Assembly: GCF_009914755.1 (NCBI RefSeq)
Contig: NC_060945.1
DNA: 64,000 nt
Reading direction: 5' to 3' (one strand)
DNA from: the human T2T-CHM13v2.0 reference genome, Homo sapiens
Part shown: in pieces, positions 13,160 to 31,960 of the stretch
Layout of the letters: every line of letters starts with the position of its first letter
Numbering within the stretch: the stretch's first letter is position 1
The notes under the pieces: generated by a model
Databases searched by the model: none
Told to the model about the DNA's origin: nothing
Seen by the model: the letters and a program-made list of their open reading frames with translations, nothing else
Position numbers and translations under genes: made by a program

Positions 13160-16100
13160 CACCAAGTCAGACCCTGACTCACGCTACCGCCCCTGCCACC
13201 CCCAGTTGTTTCAGAAGTGCTGCCTGGGGCAGAGGATCCTGGAGGCCTGGGAAGCCAATGACCACACACAGTAAGAGCCACTCGGACATGGAGGGACCCA
13301 GCCTGGCCAGTCAGGGATGCAGAAACGCACCTCAGCCGGGCACTGGTGATGCTGCGTGCAGGACTGCATGCTCTGGTGGAGCGCTGGGTGTGCGACACAG
13401 CTCCACACTCTGAGGCTGCCATGCAAGGGGCCCTCCTACTGGGTGGACAGCTGCAAATGCTACTTGGGGAGGGGACACAGGGAGCTGACAGGAAGCAGTC
13501 CCAGCCCCACCAGGCACCTGCTCTGGCCCCTGCCCAGCCTGGCTTGCCTAGGCTTTGCCCTCTTGCGGGTCCCCTGTCCATTCCTGATCTTCCCCCAAGA
13601 ACTCGGGTGCTCTATCAGCACTCGCACATGGGGACGCGTTATTTTGGTCTTTCCGTGTCTTCTGCTTAATGGGTGCTCCCTCTGGTCAGGACACATGTCC
13701 TGCTTATTGTCCTGGACCCAAAGCCATCCCCACCCATTCATTGTCCTGCTGGGAGCTGTCTGGCTCTGGGCGATATGAGGAGGGACTCACTGGAGCTGGG
13801 AGGGGTTTGAATGCAGCTGTGGGGAAGCAGAGGCTCAGCTGGGCTGCACAGCATGGAGGTCCCGCCCGACCCTCCCTGCAGGGTGCTGAGCCTGAGCTTT
13901 GCAGCTGACAGCGTGGGCTCAGCTCCTGCGCTACTGCTGCCACCAGCAGGGCTCAGGCCACACCACGGCCTTTCTGCCTCCGTTTCCCTGTCTGTAAAAT
14001 GGGATGAGAGCAGTGTCTGTCTCCACGTCTGTCTCAGTGGCACTTTTGGTAGTGAGGTTGGGGTGAGCCTGCTTCACGTGGCAGGTGCTGCTCAAACAGA
14101 AGTGTCTTGGAGGCAGGGCCGGGGGCACAGGCTCCGGGCAAGGGCCGGGCTCTTGCTCTGGAGGTGAACCTGGAGGCCTGTGCCACTTGGCTCACCGGGT
14201 CATGGGTCTGGCAAGGTTGGGGCCAGGCGGCCACCCTGATGGTGCCTGTGGCTTTTAGGGCGACGGGTTGCATGAGGCATGGGAACATAGGCCACCTCAC
14301 GCAGATCGCCAACGTGCTGGTGCAGAACCTGGAGCAGGGCTCTGTGCAGACGCACATCAGCGAGGTCATCTGAGGTGAGCCCCCCACCCGGTCATCCTTT
14401 TGCTGGTCGTGGGCACCGGGGCTCTGAAGGAGCTGCTGCCCGAGGCTCCCCTCTGCCCGTCAGCAGGTGCTGATTGCACTGACAGTGAAAGACCCCGCAG
14501 CCGTCTCTGTCCTCTCACTTCCCACATCAGATCTGTCCTCAGGGGGACCTGGGTCTCATGTGTCAGTTCTGTTGGGCAGACTTCTGTGGAGACCCTACCA
14601 GGCATCAGCATGTAGCACAAGAGATAGTCCCTGCTGGGGGCAGTTGGTGACTCCGGAGCTGGTGCTCCGAAGCCATTAGCGCTGCCAAGCTCCTTGCAGC
14701 TCATGGAGTCCTGCCTGGGTGTAGGCAGTCCTGGCCGTGTGCCAGCTTTGCTCTGCATTCAGGTGGTTGGAGAGTCTCACATTCTCACTCAGGTGTGAGA
14801 CTTCATAGCACAAGTCTCAGGGAAACAGGTAGCACCCTGTTTCTTAAGAGCACAGTGGGTTAGGTGGACACAGGCACACCACATGTGTGGCAGAGGCGGG
14901 CCCAGCCATGGCCCCTCCTCCCTATACCGGTACAAAGTGAGGAAGCTCTGGATGGTCCTCCCCGCACCCCAGGACCATAGGGTGAGGGGTCTCCTGGGTT
15001 GGGCCCCATTGGCCCCTAGCAAGGTCAGGCCTGCCGGCCGCTGTCACAAATAATAAGAGCAGGGCAAGAGGAGGGCAAAAGAGATGGGTGGAGGTGGAGG
15101 CCAGGGAGGGCTCCCCAGGGCAGGGGTGGTTTAGGGAGGCGAGGGGCAAGCAGGAAGCTCTTGGATCATCCCATACAGTCTCCCGATTGTGAATCCTTCC
15201 GGGGTTCTGACCTCCCCGGAAAAACAGACAGGACACACACCCAGGCCTGCAGGCTGCTGCTGAGTTTGGGCCTGTGAGGCAGGGTGAAGGAAGCTTGCTG
15301 CTTTCTCAGATTCTGTTCCACAGCTTCTGCGTTTCTGGGAGTTCCTCAGAATGGGCTTCCACACCAACAGACTTGGAACTCGGTTGCCCACTGAGGTCTT
15401 GGTAGGGGCAGAAGTGCCCACCACCCTGCCCACAGTTGCTGCACCTCAATCTCACTGTGGCCCCAGGCCCCTCCGGACACGCGACTATGCTGACTCCTTC
15501 CCATCCAGCAAAGCTCCTGCTTCAGGCCCTCAGATGGACTGACCACAGTAGCACCGTCCCATCCTCCTGGACCCAGGATGCACCTGCCAGAGCGCCTGAG
15601 TGCCCTGAGCCATGTGCAAGGGCTCTCCCAGGGCTCACCAGGCTGCACTTTCCTTGTAGAGCTCCCTGTGGATTGCCATGGCTGCTAGGAGAGCTTCGTG
15701 GAGGAGACGCTGACGGAGACCAACTGCAGGAACACTGTGGACTTGTTGAGGAGGCTTGGGGCTGCGCCCTCGGCGCCGGCATGGTGCTGGGACGCAGGAG
15801 GCTCGGGGCTGCCCCCTTGGTGCATGCACGGTGCTGGGACACTGTCAGACACTCCTGTCTTTGCCCCGAAGCAGAGGCCAAGAGAGGCACAAGGGCCGCA
15901 CACCTGCCTGCTCCTCTTGGACGCGGGTGCCCGAGCATACCCTGCAAGTGTGCAGTCTGTCCTCCAGGCTGATGCCTGCAACACAGACCCTGTCCTGTGC
16001 CACACCCAGGGCTGGTCTCTGAGGACCTCTGTGCAGAGCTGGTGTTGGCCCCAGGTCCCTTCCCTCCCAGTCCAGGAGCTGTAGCTTGTTGGCAGGGGGC

Positions 16101-17071
16101 TCCATATGCCTGAGACCAACCTGCCCCCTGCACATGGATGTTGGGCTGTCACGGGGCCTTGGCCTCACCTGGGCACCTCCTTACACAGCAAGGCCTCCTG
16201 GGCCCAGAGATCTGATGAGTGACATGTTGGGCGGGGTCTGGGAGCCCTGGGCTGGGCAGGGTCTGGGGCGCTGGGCTGGCTCACACACCCACCCCATCTG
16301 GCCTGTGTTTTAGGCAAGCACTCACTACCTTCACTCCTGGAGTGAGGACATTGAGGGTGCTTTCCCTAATGAGCTGTCCCTTCAGCAGGTGAGGGCGTGG
16401 CCGGCCCCTGCACCCTGCCGGGCCCTTCCTGGCACCTGTGTGCTCTGTGCTTGGTCCTCCAGACAAGTCTCTGATGGCATCTCACTAGCAAAAGGGAGAG
16501 GGGGCTCATCTCGGAGCACGTATGGGGTGGGGTGGGTCTGAGGGGAGAACTCCAAAGTCACTCCACCTTGATGAGAGCACTGAGAACACAGCAGATAAAC
16601 TCGAAAGTCAAAGAATATGGGACGTATCTCGGATGTAAGCACAGTGAGCACGCGGCCTGAGTTTGGGTAGAATCGTGAGCCCTGAACAGTCAGAGTTTAC
16701 TGCCCACTTTTGCTGGAGGAGAAGCTCCTGAACAACTAGAGAGACTGTGGTTCCCAAAGAGCAGCCTGTAGGCCTGAGGACTGCTCTATGACCGGCGTCA
16801 GTCCCTGCCTCCCTCCCTCCGTCCCTCCTTCCCTCCTTCCTTCCCAGGCCTTCTCTGACTACCAGATCCAGCAGATGACGGCCAACTTTGTGGATCAGTT
16901 TGGCTTCAATGATGAGGAGTTTGCAGACCATGACAACAACATCAAGTGAGTCCACTTGGATGCCCCCTGCACGAGGCACGACTCCCCCTCCTCGCTGCTG
17001 AAGTCCCATGGGGGCAGCTCCCTTAGTCCTTGCCGGGAGATAACAGGTGTTTCCAGTTGCATGAGGGTGCT

Positions 17072-17412
17072 GAGGCCCCCAGTGAGAACCAGGGGAGGAG
17101 CACTGAGGCCTCAGATGAGCACCGGGGGAGGAGCCCTGAGGCCCCAGATGAGCACCAGGGGAGGAGCACTGAGGCCCCAGATGAGCACCGGGGGAGGAGC
17201 GTTGAAGCCCCAGATGAGCACCAGAGGAGGAGAGCTGAGGCCCCAGATGAGCCCCGGGGGAGGAGCTCTGAGGCCCCAGACGAGCACCGGGGGAGGAGCG
17301 CCGAGGCCCCAGATGAGCACCGGGGGAGGAGCGCCGAGGCCCCAGATGAGCAGTGGGGGAGGAGCCCCGAGGCCCCCAGATGAGCAGTGGGCGGGGCAGG
17401 GAGCGCCGAGGC
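17072..17412 (+). repeat. 33-bp minisatellite, about 10 copies, intronic
   Basis: Unit GAGGCCCCAGATGAGCACCGGGGGAGGAGC(N3) starts at 17072, 17105, 17138 ... 17369. Confidence 0.95.
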
Positions 17413-19001
17413 CATCCCCCTTGCTCTTGCAGCGCCCCATTTGACAGGATCGCGGAGATCAACTTCAACATCGACACTGACGAGGACAGTGTGAGCGAGC
17501 GGGGCTGTGCGGGGTCATGCAGGCACCCTGTTCCCAGGCAGCTCAGGCCGCGCCCATGGCTCGGTCTGTGGTGGGCCTGTGCGGTGGGGCTGGGAGAGGC
17601 CCCTCTGTGGAGCTAGGAACAGTCGCTTTTCTTGACCCTCCCCATCATGCCCTCCAGCCCATGGCGCCCACATCCTGAACTAAGCCCCTCTGGGAGCCCT
17701 GTGGGGAGAGCGCCTCCTGTCTCCCCCAGACCCTCTGGAAACTGACCTTGGCGTTTTACTCTGCAGCCCAGCGCGGCTCTGAGGCCTGCTGCAGCGACCG
17801 CATCCAGCACTTTGATGAGAACGAGGACATCTCGGAGGACAGCGACACTTGCTGTGCTGCCCAGGTGAAGGCCAGAGCCAGGTGCGGGGCCTGCCCATCC
17901 CCCCAAAGCCTCTGCCGAGGAGGTGCAGCCCCCAGAACACCCGTCAGATGCCCAGACGCCCTGCTGTTTGTTATGCCGGCTCGCAGAGCAAGCACACCGG
18001 TCCTGCAAGCACTGGCGCCCAACGCAGCGGGTGACCCTCAGGAGCTCGGAGCTGAGGCCTGGAGCGACTCGTGCTCCTCACTCAGGGCATTCTGTGCTCA
18101 CCCTCAGCCTGGAGCCTGCTGCTGTCACTGACCCTCAGTGTTAGGCATCTGTCCTGGGCCACCAGGCATCTGACTCTGCATCTCCCCGAGGTTTGGAGCC
18201 CCCCATGCTTCAGAAAGCTGCTCAAAGAATGGCCCGGAGTGCGGAGGCCAGGATGGGAAGGCGAGCTTGGAAGCAGACCATGATCCGCCTGGGGCAGGTG
18301 CCCCCTAGACCCTGGAAAGAACAAAGCCCCTCCTCTGGAGGGTGACTCAGAAGGTGGTGCTGTGGGGCAGGGGCCGGGGACGTGTGTGTTGGGGGCAGGA
18401 CATGGTACCCTGGCCTAGGGGTGTGGAGGCTTCATTTGGAGCTGAGGCATTTGGGGCTCACTGTGGCCCGAAACCTGCATCTCCAGCTCTTTCCCAGCCA
18501 TCCTGAGTAGGGGTCTGTGCTGCCCTGTGCCCGGCACAAGGTGGTCTCCTGCCCCTGCCTCTCGGTTGTTGTCACTCTGCCACTGTCACCAAGGTTGGTG
18601 GGTGGTGTCCACCTAGTCCCCATCGTCCACCCGGCCCCCACACAATGCGACACAGGCCTGATGCCCACCCCAGCACAGCAGCACAGCCTGGCCTCCACCC
18701 TCACGGCTGACATCTAGGGCAGGAGCCAGTCCACCCCGCAGGCTGCGCGGCTGATAAGACCCCTCTCCTTACCCCTGCTCTGGGGGCAGCACTGACCCAC
18801 TCAGGACTTTGGGGAGGGGGCAGGGATCTCTGTTAGGAGGTGCCGAGCTCTTAGCTGAGGCCAAAAGAGAGAGCAAGGGCAACACCCTGGGGAAGCAGGA
18901 ACGTCCCAGATAGGAGGAAGGCGGCTCATCCTTGAGGCCAGGGAGGGCCTGGTGGTGCTTGGTGAGCTGCCATCTCTGTTGGATGCGGTCCTGGATAGGA
19001 C

Positions 19002-19350
19002 AGGGCAGTGGCATCACCTCCACACTGTCAGCGTCAGCCATGCTGGAGGCCTAGGGGCCCTCAGGCGCCTGACTGAGCCCCAGGTCATGGAGGGCAGTGG
19101 CATTGCCTCCACACTATCAGCGTCAGTCCTGCTGGAGGCCTAGGGGCCCTCAGGTGCCTGACTGAGCCCTGGATCATGGAGGGTAGTGGCATCGCCTCCA
19201 CACTGTCAGTGTCAGCCTTGCTGGAGGCCTGGGGGCCCTCAGGCGCCTGACTGAGCCCCGGATCATGGAGGGCAGTGGCATCACCTCCACACTGTCAGTG
19301 TCAGCCCTGCTGGAGGCCTGGGGGCCCTCAGGCGCCTGGCTGAGCCCCAG
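19002..19350 (+). repeat. 89-bp tandem repeat, about 4 copies, intronic
   Basis: AGGGCAGTGGCATCACCTCCACACTGTCAG...CTGAGCCCC starts at 19002, 19091, 19180 and 19269. Confidence 0.95.
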
Positions 19351-22300
19351 TTCACACACCCCATGGATGTTGGCAGCTTGTCAGGACCCTCGAGCTGTCC
19401 CCTGTTATTCTCTGAGGGGCTGAGGGGCACTGCTTGGGCCTCCCTCCTGGAGCAGCCCCATGTTCCTGTCAACCTCTGTGGGGCTCCCAGTGGGGGGTGC
19501 GCTGCCTCCCCTTTGCCTGCAGCACCCCAGACAGGCCTGCCCTCACCTGGCCACTGTGTCTCTCACCCAGCAGACACCATATGGATGACAGTGTTTGATA
19601 AGCCAGCAAACTCGACGCCCATAGCCCCAGGAGTGGTGAGGGACAGGGTTCCAGCGTGTGGGCAGCTGGCACCTCAGCTCCAGAGGAGAAAGGCTGGGCC
19701 AGTTCACCGAATTCCAGCCTTTCTGCTGGTAACAAATGCATTGGCAGGAGGGGGCCGTGTCAGGAAGTGCCTTCCAGGGTCAGGAGGTGCCCGTCCTCCG
19801 GGACTGACCCTGTCCTCGTCCTTGTCTGTAGCTCCGAGTCAGGGCCCAGGTGCAGCTCTCTGATGGACACAAAACACAGCCAGGCTGAGGCAGCCAGAGC
19901 CAAGGCCTCGAGAAAGCCTGTGAGTAGCAGCAGTGCAGGCGGCACCCAGCCTCCTGCAGAGGCCTAGCCTTGCCCAGTTTAAGGCCTGAGGCCAGCTGGC
20001 CCCCCTCCTTGGGGTCAGTGGGAGGAGGTGGCCAGGACCCTGCATGCTGCTAGGTCTCTTGTGACATTGGGGTTTGATACAGCAGTGGGACTGGAGCAGC
20101 CACGTGCAGATGGGGAGGCCCCCAGAGGGGAGGCAGCAAGGCCATTGGGCTGGCCCTGAGCCCCGTCTGAGCAGGTGGCACAGCCCAGGTCTGTACCCTT
20201 GATTCTAGACAGCAGCACCAGGACCCCAGCATTGAGATGTGTGTGGGTGGGTTGTTGGCAGGAAGCCATTCTGGGGCCTGATCAGAGCCCCTGGCCCCCA
20301 GGCCCCTAGTCAGGCCGAGAGGCTCCCCCAGACAAGGCTGAGAGCTCCAGGCGAGCGACAGCTGGCTTCCAACACTGGTGTCCCCGGTGCTTGAAGGAGC
20401 TGTGGCGGGACCACACAAGGCAGAGCGGGCCCCTTCCTGAGCCTCTGCGTCCTCATGTGAGACCAGGGCACATTGCCCTGTATCATGGGGGAGGCAACAG
20501 TGTTGCTTGTGTGGAGACCACATGGAAGGTGTGTGAGCCTGTTAGCCTCGTCATGCTGTTTCCACACAGGTACACGTGTGCAGGTAACAGGCTGCATGTG
20601 AGAGGGCTACACGTAAGGGATCCCTATGGCCGGGGTTGCCACACCCTGTGGCCCCTCCTGCCTCACTGGACAGCACAGGCCTCCTACTCTGCAGTCAGCC
20701 CAGCTTCTCCATGTACCTCCGTGTACCTCCGTGTGTGTCACCAGGAAGGCCCCCCTGCTGGCCTCTGACAGCAGCTCCTGTGGGGGCTCCGACAGCGATA
20801 CATGACGACCAGAAGGCAGTGAGTGCCATGGATGCTGTGAACACCCGTCCGGGCCGGGAGGCCCCCCGCCCCCGCTGCCCACAGTGGCCAGGACAGAGGA
20901 GGCTGTCAGCAGGTGTGTGGGGCGTCGGGGGTAGGTGGGCAGGCCTGCCTGGGTGCAAAGGCTGCGGCTTCCAGGCTCTGTCCCCAGCTCTTAGCTCCCT
21001 TGGGAGCAGGCTGAGGCCAGGCCAGGGGTCTTCTCCACACTGCTTCCCCGATGGCCCCGTGACCCCTTACAGGCTGGCTCGGGGTGGTCATGCCCACGCA
21101 TTTAAATAGAGGCAGGATGGGAGGAGTGTGAGGGCTTCCTTCTTGGACAGAACATCTGTGTTCTCTGTTGTGAGTGGTTAAGACAAGAAGACAGGGCCTG
21201 GATGTCCCAGACAGTCCCCCAGGGACTTGGTGGGGGCAGCCCCTACCCCAGACCCCAGTTAGAGAGAACAGCCCAGCTCTTGGGGCTCTGGGCCTGGCTG
21301 AGCCGCCTGGGATCTGGGTACCCTGGAGGTCGGGGAGGGGCACAGACTTTAAGTCCAGCAGGTAAGCAGGCATCTGTGGAGCTCATGCAGACCTCGCCTG
21401 CTGCTCCCCTTCCATGGGAGGCCTAGATTTCCAGATGCCTCAGAAGCCAGGACAGTAGGATGGGGGGGCGGGGGCCTCAGGACTGCACTTGGGGCATCCA
21501 AACCCTGACTGAGAGTTGGAGGCAGCTTGCAGATGGGCAGAGGCTCAGGCTCCCTTGAGCCTCCAAGAGCCATTCCTGGGGAGAGAGTGGAGAGGGAGGC
21601 ACTCCCTGTGAGGAGGCTGGAGTCTGGCCAGCCCCTCCAGCAAGCTGAATCCCATCCATCCCCCCACAGGAAGAAGGTCCCTGGCATCCTTCAGTGAACA
21701 GATACCTCTTCTGGCCTTTGGGGTCAGGGGTTGGGAGTTTAGCAGGAGGGCAGGACAGCTAGGGTAGATGCTAGGGCCAGGTAAACCTGAGGGGGAAGGT
21801 AGGACTGGGCTTGAAGTGGGGAGGAGGGCACACCCGGCAAGGGCAAAGCTGTGCAGAGGACCTGGGGCCTGAGCTCCCAGTAGGTCCAGGCAACAGTGGG
21901 GAAGTCCTTGGGCTGGATTCCTCTAGGAGAGGACAAGGTGCCTTTCACACCTGGCGGTGCATCCCAGTCACTCCTGTTTCCATGCTTGTGAAGGGCCTGC
22001 CTGGAGTGGGGTGAGGGTGCCCCCAGCCTCACTGCCCAATGCAGCTCAGCCTGCAAGCGTCCCACCTGTCCTACCCTCCCCCGACAGGAGGGGCAGGTCT
22101 GACACCTCAGAGGACCCTGCCCACTGACCCCCAGCAGTCCTGGAGGGTCTGTGTGGTATTGGGGCTCCGGGCATCTCCCCCAGCCAGGCTGCAAGCTCAG
22201 CACCAGGCTGGCTCTCCCTGCCCTGTTGACCAGCAGGCCATGTCAGTGCTCACAGCTCCTCCCCTTGTTTGGCCACGCTGCCGTCAGGGCATCTGCAGCA

Positions 22301-22476
22301 AGTGGGGGGCACAACACGGGAAATGGGGCCAAGGCCACAGCGGTGGATGTCCCGATGCTGCCAGTCACTGGAAAGCCCAGGCCAGAGCCCCTCGGGTTGA
22401 AAGTCATACAGAGTTCCTGCGTGGGCTTCATTCCTTCTTAAAGTTTAGTCACTGAAATTCTTAAAAATCTTTATCC

Positions 22477-23147
<671 letters not shown>

Positions 23148-23685
23148 TCACTGTGCAAAGTAAGTTGCTTTTCTCCACGGGGCTATCTGTGTAAAACTTG
23201 CCACTGAGAGCTCTCTCTGCTCTGCTGTGACAGCCCAGCCTGCAGGTGAGCTTGCTTGCACTCCCACCTGATCAGAGCACGCCTCCCTGGGTCAGACACT
23301 CAATATCCTTGCCCTGCAGGAGGCCAGAGGGCCCATCTGCTGCTCATGGCCAGGCTGGGCCTTGGGGTGCCTGACCCCCCCAGAGCAAGCCCCTTAGATG
23401 CCCGGCAGAATCCTCTCTCCCCTCCTGTACCTTGGAAGGTTTCCCCACACTATGCCCAGTGTCAGGCTGAAGTTGGGATCATGGCACAGGAGCCTCTGGG
23501 GCCCTCGGAGAATGAGGTGCTTGATGATGGGCAGAATCTGAACGCAGCCTGGACGGAGGTTTGAGGTCATCAATGGACAGACAGCTTGTCCCAGCACTTA
23601 GAACTCAGGGCAGCAGAGCTGCCTAGCTGGGCACAACCTGGGCCACCCCACAGAGGGCAGGAGTGGGAGAGGCCAAAGGGGGTGA

Positions 23686-24412
<727 letters not shown>

Positions 24413-24699
24413 TTTTAACTGATTATCTTTTTCTAAGCCACATGGTAAGATGTTCTTGTCTGTCTTTCAGTTAGGACTTTATTTTTACTTTTAAGTTCAG
24501 AGCTTCTTGATGGTTGTTCTTTCTAAATAATTATTATTTAGCAACTGACTGTCATAAGAGATTCAAAATACATCAAATATCTAACACAAAATGTAAAATA
24601 TGCAGTAATCTTAGCCCTCAAGGAAACCCAGATTTCCCAATTCTGAGTATATTGTTCAAGTTCCTTTTCCAGGACAGCTCAAGGTTCTGTCATTTATTT

Positions 24700-25000
24700 T
24701 TGTCTTTGTTTTTGTTTTGAGACAGTTTCACTCTGCCATCAAGGCTGCAGTGCAGTGGTGTGATCATGACTCACTGTAGCCTCAACTTTCTGTGCTTAAG
24801 TGATCCTCCTGCCTCTGCCTCCAGAGTAGCTGAAACTATAGGCACACGTCATCATGCTCCACCTAATTAATTTTTTTTTTTTTTTGAGACAGGGTCTCAC
24901 TATATTGCTCAGGCCGGTCTCCAAATCCTGAGTTCAAGCAGTCTTTCCACTTGACCTCCCAAAGTGTTAGGATTGCAGGTATGAACCACTGCACCTGGCC
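24700..25000 (-). mobile_element. AluJ-like
   Basis: Diverged reverse-complement Alu with GAGACAGGGTCTCACTATATTGCTCAGG. Confidence 0.9.
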
Positions 25001-25156
25001 AATTTTTTTATTTATTAACAAAGTGTTTCTAAAATTGTCACTGCCGGTCGTTTGGAAGAATCTGAGAAGTAGCAGCTCTGCTCTTGTTTCCAGAACTGCA
25101 TCCTCTGCTGAATAGGTCTGGGTGCCCCCAGCGCAAGCCTCACCTTATTCACTTAC

Positions 25157-29105
<3,949 letters not shown>

Positions 29106-31509
29106 CTGAGAAAGAAAAAGATGCAGGGAACATCTTGTGTGTGGTGAATCTGCGCTCCTCAGCTGTGGTGCCTGTGCAAATGGTGGAACCCAAAAGAATA
29201 TTGGGTGGTAGACACACAGACCCTACCTAATAAAATTATGTAAGTTTAAGTTTAATATAGATGGAACTTATAATGTCATATAAAATGTTGTTACTTATTT
29301 TGTAAGAAAGCTGATTTAGATTTTGTAAAGGCATTAAATATAATTTTAATGGGAAGCTATGAAAATTGTGTGCATTTGGTGTGTAAATGACTCATTTTGG
29401 GTAATTCTGTAAAGGCCACCTATGAATGTGAGTCATTAGTAACCAAATCTCCTATAGATAGCATATTGCATATGCATTTTAATGTATTCTTTTACCTGAG
29501 CTCAATTTTTCTTAATTTTATTCATCAAATTTTATACACTTTAGATAAAAGACACCTTGTAGTTACCATGTGCTCTATGGATCTCTATTTTGTTAGAAAT
29601 ACAGATTTTCAGGCAAAACCCAAGTATATTGTATCAAAATCAGGTTTTTAAATAATATTCCCAGGTGATTCACATGCATATTAATAATTGTTAAGTGGGG
29701 GTAATTCTATAATTAAAAGGGAAAAGGTTATATGAGTGTATTTATTTGTTAAAAAGGTACAGAAAAGATTGTATGTTTCAATGTATATACATCTTATCTC
29801 ATAGAAAATAACTAAAAACAATAATAAAGTGGGGATGGGGAATGAGTTGTAGTAGAAGTTAAACAGAAATGGCACATAATTAGTAGATGTTTAGGCTGAG
29901 CATCAGTCTATTATACTACATTGCTTATTGTATATATGTTTAAAATATTCTCTAATAAAATACTTGTATAAAAAGACAAACTTTATCTACAACATTAGCC
30001 CTTAAGATTGTGGTTACTTTTGGAGGGGAGGAAAAGAGAAAGTGGTTTGTGTGGCAGAAACAAGGCTAGTTCTATCCTATGCCTACACAAATGTATTTGC
30101 TTGTAATAATTTACTGAGCATTATGTTAATGCTTTGGACATATATTTCTGTATGCACGTCATTCAATAAAATTTAAATATTACATATTTAATCTTAACAG
30201 AATAATAGCAATGTTTGGTATTGTTTTGTTTGAAAGTGAGGCATTTAGTGTCAGACATCATGAGATGGGTATTAATATTCCAAGGTATTTATTCACATCC
30301 TGACTCTTGGGGGTCCCCCTCGATCTTTCATTTTTACCTCAATTGAGTAAGTAGCATGGTTGTAGTTTTGGGGAATGCAATTTTTTACAGCAAAGTCCTT
30401 CCTCCACGATAGTACTCACCACGGCCAGGACACTTAGCACAGGGCCCTGTACGTAGTGTGCACTCAGTGTGTGTGGAACTGGTTTGAATCAGAAACAAAA
30501 CAAGTAGCAGAGGTCAGTTCTGCAAAGGATAGAAAGTAAGTAATCAAGACTGAAAGGCCGCAACTCAGCAGCAAACACTTCTATGTTAATTTGAGAAATA
30601 ATTTCAACTGGCTCTCCAAAAGATGTTGGTTTAAAGCAGTAACATGGGAGTTGAGCTGTGTGCTATAATCACCCGAAAGCTTTAAGTCACACTGTTGCCT
30701 AGGTCTCACTCCAGAGATTCTGACTTAATTACCCCATTGCAACTTGGGTTTGAAGACTTTAAACACTCCTCTACAAGGTTATTGAAATATGCAGCCAAGG
30801 GTGAGAAGCATTGATTCAGGGTGAGGAATACATTGGCTGTATGTGATTTTCATGTGTGCTTTAGGGATTTGCCCCATAGCTGCTCCTGAATGTGGGGTCT
30901 TAGAAAACATCTTTACCCTTCAAAGCATATTCTGCTGATTGGCTAAATTGCAGCAGGAAAAAATATCAGCAGCTCTGTCTTTATGTCACTTGCCTTCAAA
31001 GCAAAAGGTTTTTCAGGCACAGTAATTTGATTTAGTCTGTGTTAAAAATCATAAATAGCCTAGAAATACAAAAAAAAAAAAAGAGACAGAGTTTGCAGAT
31101 ATGTGGAGTGCATTATAGGTGTTTTCAAATTTCTCCTATGATGAGAAATTAAAAATAGAATGTTGGGCATTAATTTCCTAAACTCAGTGCTCAGCCATTT
31201 CCTCAAATTGTTTCCAGTTTTTCCAAGAGACTTCAGAAGCATTCCCTGGAATGAATTATTTCCAATGGTGAAGAGTACTAGATGGACAGGATGAGAATCT
31301 CAAAGAAATCTTGCTTCTATTTCAGAAGTGCCACTGTGCAGCACCTTGAAGGACCAGGAAACCTGGTTGAGGAGTGTGGTCTATGGAGGTGCATAGGCTT
31401 CAGAGTCAGGCAGAGTTGATCCTGAGTCCCAGCCCAGCTGAGTTAGAAGCTGTGGGACAGTTATATAAACCTCATCTGCAAAAAAAGGCCATACTAAAAT
31501 TGATTGAAA

Positions 31510-31960
31510 ACAACAGCAAATTTTTAAAATTTCTTCTTGTGTTCATGCCTTGACAATGGATTTTATAGTGGTTCCCATTAAGAGACAGAATTTGTTTTCC
31601 ACATCTTGAATCTTTATGGCCTTATTTGCACAGGCCAAAGCTGTGCATATGACAGTGTGCTAGTTTGGGGCCTAGGCTCAAAAAGTCTCAAATGCTTCCG
31701 TTTTCTTTTTCAGAACCCTTCCATCTCCATGAGAACAAGCCCATTTTGGCCTGCTGGGCAAAAGCCAAAATGTCCCCATTGACAGCTCACTTACAGAAGC
31801 AGAGCCACTTAATTCACCAGCCGTTCACCACTCAACGTCTGAAGGAGCCATTCTGAGCCCTGAAGAATAGCCCAGCTGAGCCCAGCCTAAATTTCTAACC
31901 AGCTCAATCATGAGCGTTTGGGATTGTTTATTATGCTTACTAATATATACAACCATTAAA
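31510..31960. mobile_element. MLT1-type (MaLR) LTR fragment
   Basis: Motif CCCAGCTGAGCCCAGCCTAAATT...AATCATGAGC, recognised by eye. Confidence 0.5.

Larger units (their letters stand above)
14259..20912 (+). pseudogene. PPP6R2P1: Unprocessed PPP6R2 (SAPS2, PP6 regulatory subunit 2) pseudogene fragment with 10 exons
   Basis: Exons: 14259-14374 (MRHGNIGHLTQIANVLVQNLEQG...EVI*); 15660-15745 (LPVDCHGC*ESFVEETLTETN, donor GT>TT); 16314-16388 (DIEGAFPNELSLQQ); 16848-16945 ([27 protein letters not shown]); 17433-17490 (APFDRIAEINFNID); 17767-17881 (EACCSDRIQ, frameshift); 18191-18353 (FGAPHASESCSKNGPE, frameshift); 19571-19728 (VFDKPANSTP...SAPEEKGWA, frameshifts); 19832-19919 (SESGPRCSS); 20674-20912 (QASYSAVSPASPC...RTEEAV). 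Confidence 0.92.

Noticed and set aside
17072-17412. CRISPR-like array (33-bp repeats)
   Set aside because: The units are head-to-tail with no unique spacers, there are no cas genes and the context is eukaryotic.
13100-22455. Numerous 100-290 aa ORFs in the ORF track
   Set aside because: Expected from high GC content and the 33-bp repeat. Only short pieces match PPP6R2 exons, and those carry stops and frameshifts.
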